Shown one piece after another: positions 12,683-20,964 of a DNA stretch of 64,000 nt. The position numbers and the translations under genes were made by a program. Source of the DNA: Candidatus Multivoradales bacterium (GTDB lineage: Bacteria > Acidobacteriota > Thermoanaerobaculia > Multivoradales > JAHEKO01); assembly GCA_965223855.1 (NCBI GenBank), contig CBDCXM010000009.1, forward strand, positions 1,088,001 through 1,152,000. Reading direction: 5' to 3'. The notes beneath the pieces are model-generated. The model was not told the DNA's origin and did no database searches. It saw nothing but the letters and a program-made list of their open reading frames with translations. Within the stretch, counting starts at the first letter, position 1. Each line of letters starts with the position of its first letter.

Positions 12683-12722
12683 GCAGCGGATTCTAGCCAC
12701 GCGCGTTGCTACCCTTCCGGCA

Positions 12723-14193
12723 ATGTCCGCCGAACACCGCTTCGTGCTGCGCTTCTCCGGCGAGGTCTCCACCAAGGGGCGCCAGACCCGGCTGCGTTTC
12801 GCCGGCCGGATCGTCGAGGCGGCCGAGGACGCGCTGGCGAGCCACGGCATCGAAGGGCGTGTGAAGCGGATCTGGAGCCGCCTCTTCGTCACCGCGGACG
12901 ATCCGGCGGCGGGCGAGGTGCTGAGCCGGATCTTCGGTGTGCAGTCGGTATCGCCGGCGCGGCGGGTTCGCTGGCGCGCGATGAAGGACATCGTCGCCGC
13001 CGGCGAGGAGGCGTTCGGCGATGTCGTCGCCGGCAGGACGTTCGCCGTGCGGGTGCGCCGCACCGCCGGCCATCCGAAGCTCGACTTCGACTCCCCCCAG
13101 CTGGAGCGCGCCCTCGGGGCGCGGCTCGCCCCCCGCGCCGCCGGGGTCGATCTCGGCAACCCTGAGGTGACGGCCGGAGTCGAGGTGCACGAGGAGTACG
13201 CCTATCTCTTCAGCGAGCGCCTCGCCGGCCCCGGAGGGCTGCCGATCGGCGTCGAGGGCAAGGCGCTGGCGCTCGTCTCAGGCGGATTCGACTCGGCGGT
13301 GGCGTGCTGGGAGATGTGGAAGCGCGGCGTCGCCCAGGACTTCGTCTTCTTCAACCTCGGCGGGGCGGCGCACGAGGCGGGAGCGGCGGCGGTGGTCGAG
13401 CAGCTCGCTCGCCACTGGGCCTACGGCGACCGGCCGCAGCTCCACCTCGTCGACCTGCAGCCGTTCCTCGAGCCGCTCCAGGAGCAAGTGAAGCAGCGCT
13501 ACTGGCAGCTCGCCCTGAAGGCGCTGATGCTGCTGGCGGCCGACGCCCTCGCCGACGAACTCAAGGTGCCGGCCCTCGTCACCGGCGAGGCGCTCGGCCA
13601 GGTGTCGTCCCAGACGCTCACCAACCTCACCCTCCTCGACCGGGCGGTCCCCCGCGCGATCCTGCGACCGCTCCTCACCGCCAACAAAGAAGACATCGTC
13701 GCCGCCGCCCGCCGCATCGGCACCTACGAACAGTCCGCGGTCGTCCCCGAGTTCTGCTCGCTCGCCGCCCGCCACGCCGAAACCAAGGGCCACGCCGGCG
13801 AGCTCGCCGGCGCCATCGGCACCCTCGATCGCGAGGCGATTGCGCACGCCGTCGCCGACCGAGAGATCCGCGACGCCCGCTCGTCCGCCGCCAGCGGAGA
13901 AGTGGCCGGAGCGATCGACCCCGAGGCCCTGGAGCCCGGCTGGACCGTCATCGACCTCCGCACCCCCGAGGAGTACCGAGACTGGCACTGGCCCGACGCC
14001 CTCCACCTCCCCTACCCCCCAGGCCCTCCAGGCCTACGGCTCGCTCGATCGCGAGCAGCGCTACGTCTTCTACTGCGAAGTCGGCCTCAAGAGCGCCCAC
14101 CTCGCCTCTCTGCTGCAGGAGAAGGGAGTGGAGGCTCGGCACGTGCCTCGAGGAGCTGGGGCGTTGCGGCGCCTCGATGGTCCGAGAGGATGA
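12723..14193 (+). CDS. thiI: tRNA 4-thiouridine synthase ThiI with C-terminal rhodanese domain, +1 frameshift at 14015-14020
   Basis: THUMP region, PP-loop SGGFDS, TGEALGQVSSQT, PEFC. Removing one C from the C6 run continues into ...YVFYCEVGLKSAHLA (rhodanese Cys), stop at 14193. Confidence 0.92.
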
Positions 14194-14390
14194 CTGCTCG
14201 GTGTTTGCCGGTCCTCTTCGTCGATCGTGCACGCTGAGCCCAAAGGGGACGTCGCGCGTACTCGGTGGGACGATCTTCAGCGCGCGCTCTCTCGCCGTCG
14301 GCCGACGGCCTGCGCTCTGGTCCCAAGGCTTACGGGCCTCGGCGAGAGCCCCTTTGGCTCTCAGCATGCACGCTCGACGGGGGACCTACG
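14192..14390 (-). repeat. Copy A of a 199-nt structured non-coding element
   Basis: CGTAGGTCC start, long outer stem (14219-14248 with 14349-14379), core shared with copy B, end GGACCGGCA..AGTC. Confidence 0.8.
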
Positions 14391-14413
14391 GTTTGAGTCA
14401 AGCAGGAATCTGT

Positions 14414-14440
14414 CAAGGAAGCGGCTTGTCCGCTTCCTTG
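14414..14440. repeat. Perfect 11-bp hairpin between the two element copies
   Basis: CAAGGAAGCGG-CTTGT-CCGCTTCCTTG. Confidence 0.7.
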
Positions 14441-14536
14441 TCGATTGTCTTTCCTCCCCCTTCTTCAGCGGTTTCGGGTCGCTGGTTCGTGCTTCGGGAT
14501 ACGACCGTGGTAGTTCGAGGGCGATCTCGCCGCGAT

Positions 14537-14735
14537 CGTAGGTCCGCGTCACGTGGGGTGGTCTGTGCGCGAGGGGGCTCGAGCCGAGGCCCGAAAGCAA
14601 CGGCGATAGATCGCAGGAAGTTGGCCGAAGGCGAAAGAGCGCGCGCTGAAGGTCGTCCTACCGAGTACGCGCGACGTACCCCTCGCGCGCAGACCACCCC
14701 ACGACATCAACCGGACCGGCACAAGCCACGGAGTC
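14537..14735 (+). repeat. Copy B of the 199-nt structured non-coding element
   Basis: CGTAGGTCC start, 25-bp outer stem (14552-14576 with 14679-14703), shared core, end GGACCGGCA..AGTC. Confidence 0.8.
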
Positions 14736-14784
14736 TGCCCACCCGCCGTTACAATCTCCGCCTGGCGCTCACAATCGACAAAAC

Positions 14785-15624
14785 ATGACCGAACAAGCTC
14801 TCCAGCAACCCACCGGCCGCACCGGCCTACCAGGCATGCTCCACGCCCTATGGCTCTACCGCCGCTTCGTAGCCTCCATGGTGCGGCGCGAATTCGTGAG
14901 CCGCTACCTCGGTTCGCTGCTGGGCGGCATCTGGGCGCTGATCACCCCCCTGGTGACGATCCTCATCTACCTGGTGATCTTCTCCGCGGTCATGCGCGGC
15001 AAACTGCCGGGAGGTTCCGAGGACTCGCTCGGCTACGGCATCTTCCTGTGCACCGGGATCCTGGTGTGGACCTACTTCGCCGAGGTGGTGTCGCGCTGCC
15101 AGGGGACGTTCGTCGAGAACGCGAACCTGCTCAAGAAGATGAGCTTCCCGCGCATCACCCTGCCGATCATCGCTCTGCTCAACGCGACGGTGAACTTCGT
15201 GCTCGTGGCGGTGCTGTTCGTCATTCTGCTGGTGGTCGTCGGCCGCTTTCCGGGGCCGGCGATGCTCGGCTTTCTACCGCTCCTGGCGCTTCACCTCGCG
15301 TTGGCTCTCGGCCTCGGCATTCTCCTCGGCACGCTCCATGTCTTCTTTCGCGACGTCGGCCAGATCTGGGCGGTGCTGGTGAATCTGTGGTTCTGGGTGA
15401 CACCGATCGTCTACCACCCGGACATCCTGCCTGAAGGGACCCGCTGGATCCTCGACTGGAATCCGCTGACGCCGCTCTTCCGCGCCTATCAGCGGATCGT
15501 GCTCGAAAGTGCGTGGCCCGAGTGGAGCACGCTGGCGGCTCCGGCCGTTCTGGCGGCGGTGTTGCTCGTGCTCGGGCTGTTCGCCTTCCGGCGTCTGTCG
15601 GGCGAGATGGTGGACGAGCTGTGA
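14785..15624 (+). CDS. wzm: ABC-2 polysaccharide exporter permease (Wzm/RfbA type)
   Basis: RYLGSLLGGIWALITP, FFRDVGQI, WFWVTPIVY, NPL, FRRLSGEMVDEL. Confidence 0.92.
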   Translation: MTEQALQQPTGRTGLPGMLHALWLYRRFVASMVRREFVSRYLGSLLGGIWALITPLVTILIYLVIFSAVMRGKLPGGSEDSLGYGIFLCTGILVWTYFAEVVSRCQGTFVENANLLKKMSFPRITLPIIALLNATVNFVLVAVLFVILLVVVGRFPGPAMLGFLPLLALHLALALGLGILLGTLHVFFRDVGQIWAVLVNLWFWVTPIVYHPDILPEGTRWILDWNPLTPLFRAYQRIVLESAWPEWSTLAAPAVLAAVLLVLGLFAFRRLSGEMVDEL

Positions 15625-16862
15625 CGGGGACGGTGCAGGCCCGCGATCTGGGCAAGAAGTACAAGCGCTACGACGGCCCGTGGCGGCGGCTCGGCGAATG
15701 GCTGAGCGGCGGTCGCCGCCGGATGCACGAAGAGCACTGGGCGCTGCGGCACCTGACCTTCGACGTCGGCCAGGGGGAGACGGTCGGCATCGTCGGACAG
15801 AACGGCGCCGGCAAGAGCACGCTCCTGAAGCTGATCGTCGGCACGACCCAGCCGAGCGAGGGGACGTTCGCGGTGGGGGGACGGGCGACGGCGCTGCTCG
15901 AACTGGGGATGGGGTTCCACCCCGACTTCAACGGTCGCCAGAACGCGCTGATGACGCTCCGCATGGCGGGGTTCAGCGAGGAGGAGTCGGAGGCGATCCT
16001 GCCGGAGGTCGTGGAGTTCTCGGAGCTCGGCGGATTCATGGAGCAGCCGCTGCGCACCTACTCGAGCGGCATGCAGGTGCGGCTCGGCTTCGCCATCGCC
16101 ACCGCGCGACGGCCCGACATCCTGATCGTCGACGAGGCGCTCTCGGTCGGCGACGCCTACTTCCAGCACAAGTGCATCCGCCGGATTCGCGACTTCAAGG
16201 AGGAGGGGACGACGATGCTCTTCGTCTCGCACGACCCGATCGCCGTCAAGTCGCTGTGCGACCGGGCGATCCTCCTCGACCACGGGCGGATGATCCAGCA
16301 GGGCTCGGCGGAGGCGGTGCTCGACTACTACAACGCGATGATCGCCGAGCGGGAGCAGCACGACAAAGCGGTGCGGCAGGAGGCGGCCGGGGAGCAGGAG
16401 GAGCGGGTGCGCACCGAGTCCGGGAGCGGCGAGGTGCGGATCACCCGGGTGTCGATGACCAACGGCGAGGGGATGGAGACGACTTCCTTCACCACCGGCG
16501 AGCGGACGGTCGTCACCTGCGAGCTCGAGTTCCGCGACGAGCTCCACGACTACGCCGTCGGCATCCTGCTGCGCGACCGGCTCGGCAACGAGGTCTACGG
16601 CATCAACACCACCTACCTCGGCGTGAGCGCCATCCCCGCCATGCCGGGCGACAAGGTGGAAGCGCACTTCTCGGTCGATCTCAACCTCGGCTACGGCCAC
16701 TACGCGATCTCGGTCGCCGCCCATTCGCCCGACGGCCATGTCGACGCCAACTACCACTGGCTCGACAACGCGATCGCCTTTCAGGTGATCCCGGGAGACT
16801 CGGCGCGCTTCGCCGGGGTGGCGGCGCTACCGGCGCGCGGGTCGTTCCGACGGTCGCGGTAG
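15621..16862 (+). CDS. wzt: ABC polysaccharide exporter ATPase with C-terminal carbohydrate-binding domain (Wzt)
   Basis: GQNGAGKST, YSSGMQVRLGF, DEALSVGDAYFQHKC, C-terminal Ig-like extension; GTG overlaps the wzm stop. Confidence 0.93.
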   Translation: MTGTVQARDLGKKYKRYDGPWRRLGEWLSGGRRRMHEEHWALRHLTFDVGQGETVGIVGQNGAGKSTLLKLIVGTTQPSEGTFAVGGRATALLELGMGFHPDFNGRQNALMTLRMAGFSEEESEAILPEVVEFSELGGFMEQPLRTYSSGMQVRLGFAIATARRPDILIVDEALSVGDAYFQHKCIRRIRDFKEEGTTMLFVSHDPIAVKSLCDRAILLDHGRMIQQGSAEAVLDYYNAMIAEREQHDKAVRQEAAGEQEERVRTESGSGEVRITRVSMTNGEGMETTSFTTGERTVVTCELEFRDELHDYAVGILLRDRLGNEVYGINTTYLGVSAIPAMPGDKVEAHFSVDLNLGYGHYAISVAAHSPDGHVDANYHWLDNAIAFQVIPGDSARFAGVAALPARGSFRRSR

Positions 16863-16863
16863 C

Positions 16864-17379
16864 TCAGCTTCCGCCGCAACGCGGGCAGTGCTCGTCGACC
16901 TCGGTCGCCAGGAATCCGCAGCGACGGCATTCCCAGTGACCTTCACTCAGCATGCGCGCGCGCCGGATCGTCGCGGGAAGTTCGTCGGCGAGGGCTCCCG
17001 CCGGAAACGCCAGAAGTGGCACTGCGATCCTGGGTGCGCTCAGAGTGGCCTGAGCTTCGTCCGCGGAGAGGCCGCTGCCTGTGTAGCGAAACCACAGGTA
17101 GACGAAGGAGCCGACCGTCATGGCCAGTACCGTGAGAGTGGGGTACCGGACCCAGTCGCACTGCCACCTCAGGTAGTAGCCTGAAACGAAGCAGCTCAGA
17201 ACAGCCGCGACGAACAGCCACGGCGCATCCCGCGGAATCTGGCGTCCGAGGAAGGTCGGTTCGTCTCCGGGCGGCTCCGCCGAGAAGTAGTCGACGGCAC
17301 CCGGAAACCCGCCCGCCAGCCACACCAGCAGGAACGCTGCCATCCACCAGGCACTACGGTGCATCAGATCGCGAGGCAT
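16864..17379 (-). CDS. Hypothetical membrane protein with C-terminal zinc ribbon
   Basis: About four hydrophobic segments, then WECRRCG...EHCPRCG; start uncertain (17379 or 17364). Confidence 0.65.
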   Translation of the reverse strand: MPRDLMHRSAWWMAAFLLVWLAGGFPGAVDYFSAEPPGDEPTFLGRQIPRDAPWLFVAAVLSCFVSGYYLRWQCDWVRYPTLTVLAMTVGSFVYLWFRYTGSGLSADEAQATLSAPRIAVPLLAFPAGALADELPATIRRARMLSEGHWECRRCGFLATEVDEHCPRCGGS

Positions 17380-17443
17380 TCCGCCCGCCCTTCCTCGGAT
17401 GAATTGTGGCGTCGATTCGCCAAACCCGGAGGCATGGCTTTCC

Positions 17444-18118
17444 CTACGGCTGCGGCTCGTCGGTGATTCCGCGTAGCGCGCGATGCCGATCCACCCAGTA
17501 CGCCCACGCCACCAGAAGCCACTGCGCCTGACCGACCCACGCGACCGCCGCGACGCTCGGCGGTGGCGGGCCGAGGAGGTTGCCGAGATGGGTGAGGCAG
17601 AGAAAGGCGAGGAGCGCACCGAGCCCCCATCGACCGATCCGGTCGAGCGCCCGCCCGGCGCGGAGGAAGAGGATCACCCCGACGACGAAGACGGCGGTTT
17701 CGATGGTGACGGCGGGGACGGGGTGATTCCACAGGCCGAGTCCTACCCGGCCGGCGCTCCCTGGAAGAAGGGGGAGATCCGGCTTGTGGGTGAGCGCGTC
17801 GAGGAACCAGTGACTGGCGACCAGCGCGGCGCAGAGCAGCGCGCCGCGAGCGGTCCGCCGAACGGCGTAGACCACCGCGCCGAAGGCCGCGGCCCAGGCG
17901 AGGACCGCGGCGAGGCTGTGGCTGATCGGGTAGTGGGTGAACTCGAGCGGCGTCAGTTTCGTCGCCGCCGGGTCGATTCGTACCGACTCCAGTCCCAGCA
18001 GAAGCAGTGACGGCCAGAGCAGATCGAGCCATTGGCTCGCCAGGAAGAGAGTGCCGAGCGACATCCGCGGCTCTGCCCGCTTCGCCGCGAGGCCGACTCC
18101 GAAGTGCCCGAGAAACAT
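17444..18118 (-). CDS. Membrane-bound metal-dependent hydrolase-like protein
   Basis: MFLGHFGVG, DLLWP, YPISHSL, SHWFLD.LTH.PDLP. Confidence 0.8.
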   Translation of the reverse strand: MFLGHFGVGLAAKRAEPRMSLGTLFLASQWLDLLWPSLLLLGLESVRIDPAATKLTPLEFTHYPISHSLAAVLAWAAAFGAVVYAVRRTARGALLCAALVASHWFLDALTHKPDLPLLPGSAGRVGLGLWNHPVPAVTIETAVFVVGVILFLRAGRALDRIGRWGLGALLAFLCLTHLGNLLGPPPPSVAAVAWVGQAQWLLVAWAYWVDRHRALRGITDEPQP

Positions 18119-18180
18119 CTCGTGGACGACTCTACCGGTAGCCGGCCGCCGTGGCGGTCAGGCAGTGGCCGTCGGTCCCC

Positions 18181-19149
18181 TCAGACGGCGATATCGCCGC
18201 GTCTCAGATCCTGATCGATCATCACCGCCGCGATGTTCCCCGTCCCCATCGCCACCGACACCTGCTGGGTCATCGGCCTCAGGTCGCCGGCGATCCACAC
18301 GCCCGGCACGTTGGTGTCGCCACGCTGGGAGGCGGGTTGTGCGTGGTGGCCGGTGTGGGCCATCTCGACGCCGAGCTCTCTGGCGAGGTCGGTGCGGCCG
18401 CGCGCCGGGCTCGAGACGAAGAAGGCGTCGGCTTCGAGGGTGCGGCCGTCTTCGAGCTCGAGGGCGGCGAGGAAGCTCTTGCGCTCCTCCTGGCCGACCA
18501 GCTTTGCGATCTTCCCGCGGGTGTGAGCGATGCCGCGCGTTTCGAGGCTCGCGGCGCGCTCGGGGGAAAGCTCGTCGTCGGTGGTCACGAGCACGGTGAT
18601 CTCGTCGCTGTAGCGCGACAGCCCTACCGCCATTCCGGCGGCGCCGTCGGCGGTGCCGGAGCCGATGACCACGGTGCTCTTGCCCGCGATCTCGGGCGCC
18701 TCGCAGTCGGGGCAGTAGAAGAGGTTGCCCTTGCCGGCGTACTTGAAGCACGGGCGGTAGTCGCCGTCGACGGTCGGGTGGTAGCGGGCCACACCGGTGG
18801 CGAGGAGGATCTTCTCGGCGTGCCACCGCTCGCCGTTCTCGCCGCGCAGCACGAAGGCCCCGTCTTCGCCGCTCGCCTCGACGACGTTGCCTTTCACGAC
18901 CTCGACGCCGAGCTCTTCCGCCTGCCGGCGAAGCTGCCGCATGATGTCGATACCCCGCGCCGCCGGCATGCCGGGGACGTTGTGGAGCTTCTCCAGGGTG
19001 AAGAACAGCGGCCCGGTGCGGCGGTCGATGACGAGGGTGCGGCGGCGGTGCCAGCCGAGGTGGATGGCGGCCGAGAGGCCGGCGACTCCGGCGCCGACGA
19101 TGATGACCTGGTAGCTGTTGTCGTGTTCCAGACCGGCTCGATCGCTCAT
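18181..19149 (-). CDS. Thioredoxin-reductase-like FAD-dependent oxidoreductase
   Basis: IIVGAGVAGLSAA, LLATG, redox motif YCPDC, TNVPGVWIAGD. Confidence 0.88.
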   Translation of the reverse strand: MSDRAGLEHDNSYQVIIVGAGVAGLSAAIHLGWHRRRTLVIDRRTGPLFFTLEKLHNVPGMPAARGIDIMRQLRRQAEELGVEVVKGNVVEASGEDGAFVLRGENGERWHAEKILLATGVARYHPTVDGDYRPCFKYAGKGNLFYCPDCEAPEIAGKSTVVIGSGTADGAAGMAVGLSRYSDEITVLVTTDDELSPERAASLETRGIAHTRGKIAKLVGQEERKSFLAALELEDGRTLEADAFFVSSPARGRTDLARELGVEMAHTGHHAQPASQRGDTNVPGVWIAGDLRPMTQQVSVAMGTGNIAAVMIDQDLRRGDIAV

Positions 19150-19201
19150 GGCGAGAGGATACGGCAGCCGCGCGCCCGCGGATCCCTGCCGGGTCGCCGG
19201 G

Positions 19202-19852
19202 TCAGGAGCGGCGCTCCACCAGCGCGGCGCGGCCGCGCGGCAGGCTGAAGCGGTCGCGGGTACGGCAGTAGTCGGGCCCGCCCATCCGGCCGATGGCGGC
19301 CAGCGTCTCCGGGTCGATGTGGAGCGCTTCGTCGACGACCGCTTCGTCGAGGTGAATGTGGACCACTTCGCCGAGGACGAGGTTGCCGCCTCCAGCCACC
19401 CCCGGATTGGTGCGGATCACCTGGATTGTGCGGCATTCGAAGGCGATCGGCGAGCGGGCGACGCGGGGAGCGGCGACGACGGTCGACGGCACCGCCTCGA
19501 GGCCGGTGAAGTCGAACTCACTCTCGCCGAACGGCAGTGCCTCGGAGGCGGCGGACATCTCGAGCGCCCAGCCCTCGGTGGCGACGTTGACGACGAACTC
19601 TCCGGTGCCTCCCTCGACGGCCGGTTTGGCGTTGCGGAGGGTGTCCTTCTCCGAGCCGTCGGGATGATTGCCGGGACAGAAGGCGAGGGTCATCGGGTTC
19701 GAGCCGACACCGCAGAAGAAGGAGAACGGGGCGAGGTTGGTGTCGCCGGCGGGGGAGATCGTGGAGACCACCGCGATCGGACGCGGGACGATCGCACCGA
19801 TCAGCAGCTTGTAGCGGTCACGCAGCGGAAGCTCTTCGGGTCGCAGATCCAT
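19202..19852 (-). CDS. Flavin reductase family protein (DIM6/NTAB)
   Basis: IVPRPIAVVST, NLAPFSFF, KDTLRN, GEFVVN, GRMGG..Y. Confidence 0.9.
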   Translation of the reverse strand: MDLRPEELPLRDRYKLLIGAIVPRPIAVVSTISPAGDTNLAPFSFFCGVGSNPMTLAFCPGNHPDGSEKDTLRNAKPAVEGGTGEFVVNVATEGWALEMSAASEALPFGESEFDFTGLEAVPSTVVAAPRVARSPIAFECRTIQVIRTNPGVAGGGNLVLGEVVHIHLDEAVVDEALHIDPETLAAIGRMGGPDYCRTRDRFSLPRGRAALVERRS

Positions 19853-19951
19853 GCCGAAAGTCTAGCCGCATGTAACGGTCGCGCTCGTTGTGTCGCCTCC
19901 TCGGGTGAGGGACAGCACGGCCGGCCCGCCGTTTCCGGAAGGAGAACCCTG

Positions 19952-20656
19952 ATGCAGTCTCGACCCGATTCCCGAATCCCCCGCCCCTGGCTGAGTGCCT
20001 TCGTCATCGCCCTGGTGGCGATGAGCGTCGCCGGATGCCGCACGGTCATGCTGGCCGAGTTCGATCGCCACGGCATCGGCTACCGCTTCACCGTGGCGGG
20101 ATCGCCGCACAACCTCGCCGGCTCGCCAACCGGCGATACGGGTAGCTACCGGGCGAGCGGCGACCGCGTCGCACCGGCGGTGGCGAACATGGCGGGGCAG
20201 CGCTTTCTTCGCTTCGAGAACGTCAACGGCAATCACACCATTTCGCTCCAGAGCCGCAACTTCCCGGCCTCGAGCGACAACCAGCACAACATCGCCTGGG
20301 CGGGCCAGATGCTCGATGACCTCGGCTCCGAGATGCGAGTCGAGTTCAGGAACGGCAACGGAGCGGTGCTGTGCTCGGTGACGCTCGACAACGGCAACTG
20401 GGAGATCGGCGGTCGTGCGGTCGGTCCGTACCAGATCGGGCGCGCACACTCGGTGGTCATCGTCGCCCGCCGGGATCTCATGCAGTGCCAGTACACGATC
20501 TCGGGACTGACGCCGCCTTCACCGCTGGTCAGCACGATCACGTCGGCCTGGGCGGGGAACAACCGACGTCTCGACTTCACGTTCGTCGATGGCGACAGCA
20601 ACTCGGTCTATCGCCTCGACACGGCGACCATCGCCCGCGCCGGCGACGGCACCTGA
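19952..20656 (+). CDS. Hypothetical lipoprotein, beta-rich
   Basis: RBS AAGGAG; lipobox VAGC after a hydrophobic stretch; followed by a terminator. Confidence 0.72.
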   Translation: MQSRPDSRIPRPWLSAFVIALVAMSVAGCRTVMLAEFDRHGIGYRFTVAGSPHNLAGSPTGDTGSYRASGDRVAPAVANMAGQRFLRFENVNGNHTISLQSRNFPASSDNQHNIAWAGQMLDDLGSEMRVEFRNGNGAVLCSVTLDNGNWEIGGRAVGPYQIGRAHSVVIVARRDLMQCQYTISGLTPPSPLVSTITSAWAGNNRRLDFTFVDGDSNSVYRLDTATIARAGDGT

Positions 20657-20689
20657 GCGATCCGGCCGACCGACTCGAAGATCGACCGC

Positions 20690-20719
20690 GCCGGCCCGGG
20701 TGACTCCCGGGCCGGCTTT
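20690..20719 (+). terminator. Rho-independent terminator
   Basis: GCCGGCCCGGG-TGACT-CCCGGGCCGGC-TTT. Confidence 0.7.
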
Positions 20720-20730
20720 GCGCCCTGGCT

Positions 20731-20773
20731 ACGAAGCTCTTCGTTGACAAATACGAAGACCTTCGTGTAGCTT
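20731..20773 (+). promoter_or_regulatory. Sigma-70 promoter (TTGACA-N18-TAGCTT) overlapped by two ACGAAG-N2-CTTCGT palindromes
   Basis: Palindromes at 20731-20744 and 20753-20766; TTGACA at 20744-20749. Confidence 0.72.
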
Positions 20774-20964
20774 GCCGGCGTGTGCTGCTCTCGCACCACA
20801 GGCTCGACCGAGCCTGCGCCCTGCTGCGCCGCGTCGGCTGAGAACGACTCGAGGTACCGGCGGGAACCAGGCGCGCTCTCGCGGAGTCTGTGCCCGTGAG
20901 CCTCGCCCCCCGAAGCCCGCTCGACCCTCGCAACCTTGACCTGCCCGGAGGCGTACCCACACCC

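Noticed and set aside
14340-14390. TPP riboswitch-like GTGC..GCTGAGA on the minus strand near thiI
   Set aside because: No ACCTGAT/AATNC core, it lies downstream of thiI, and the motif is in the variable stem missing from copy B.
14640-14675. Hammerhead-like CTGANGA in the repeat core
   Set aside because: Copy B reads CTGAAGG and no correctly placed GAAA or cleavage triplet follows.
14192-14735. CRISPR array or 6S RNA interpretation of the repeats
   Set aside because: Only two inverted copies with no spacers or cas genes; the fold is multibranched and lacks the large central bubble of 6S RNA.
20830-20930. c-di-AMP (ydaO) riboswitch-like AGGTACCGGCGGGAACC in the DUF5916 leader
   Set aside because: The second half of the consensus (GGGGTGAAT, CAGCTAAC) is absent; a cmscan would settle it.
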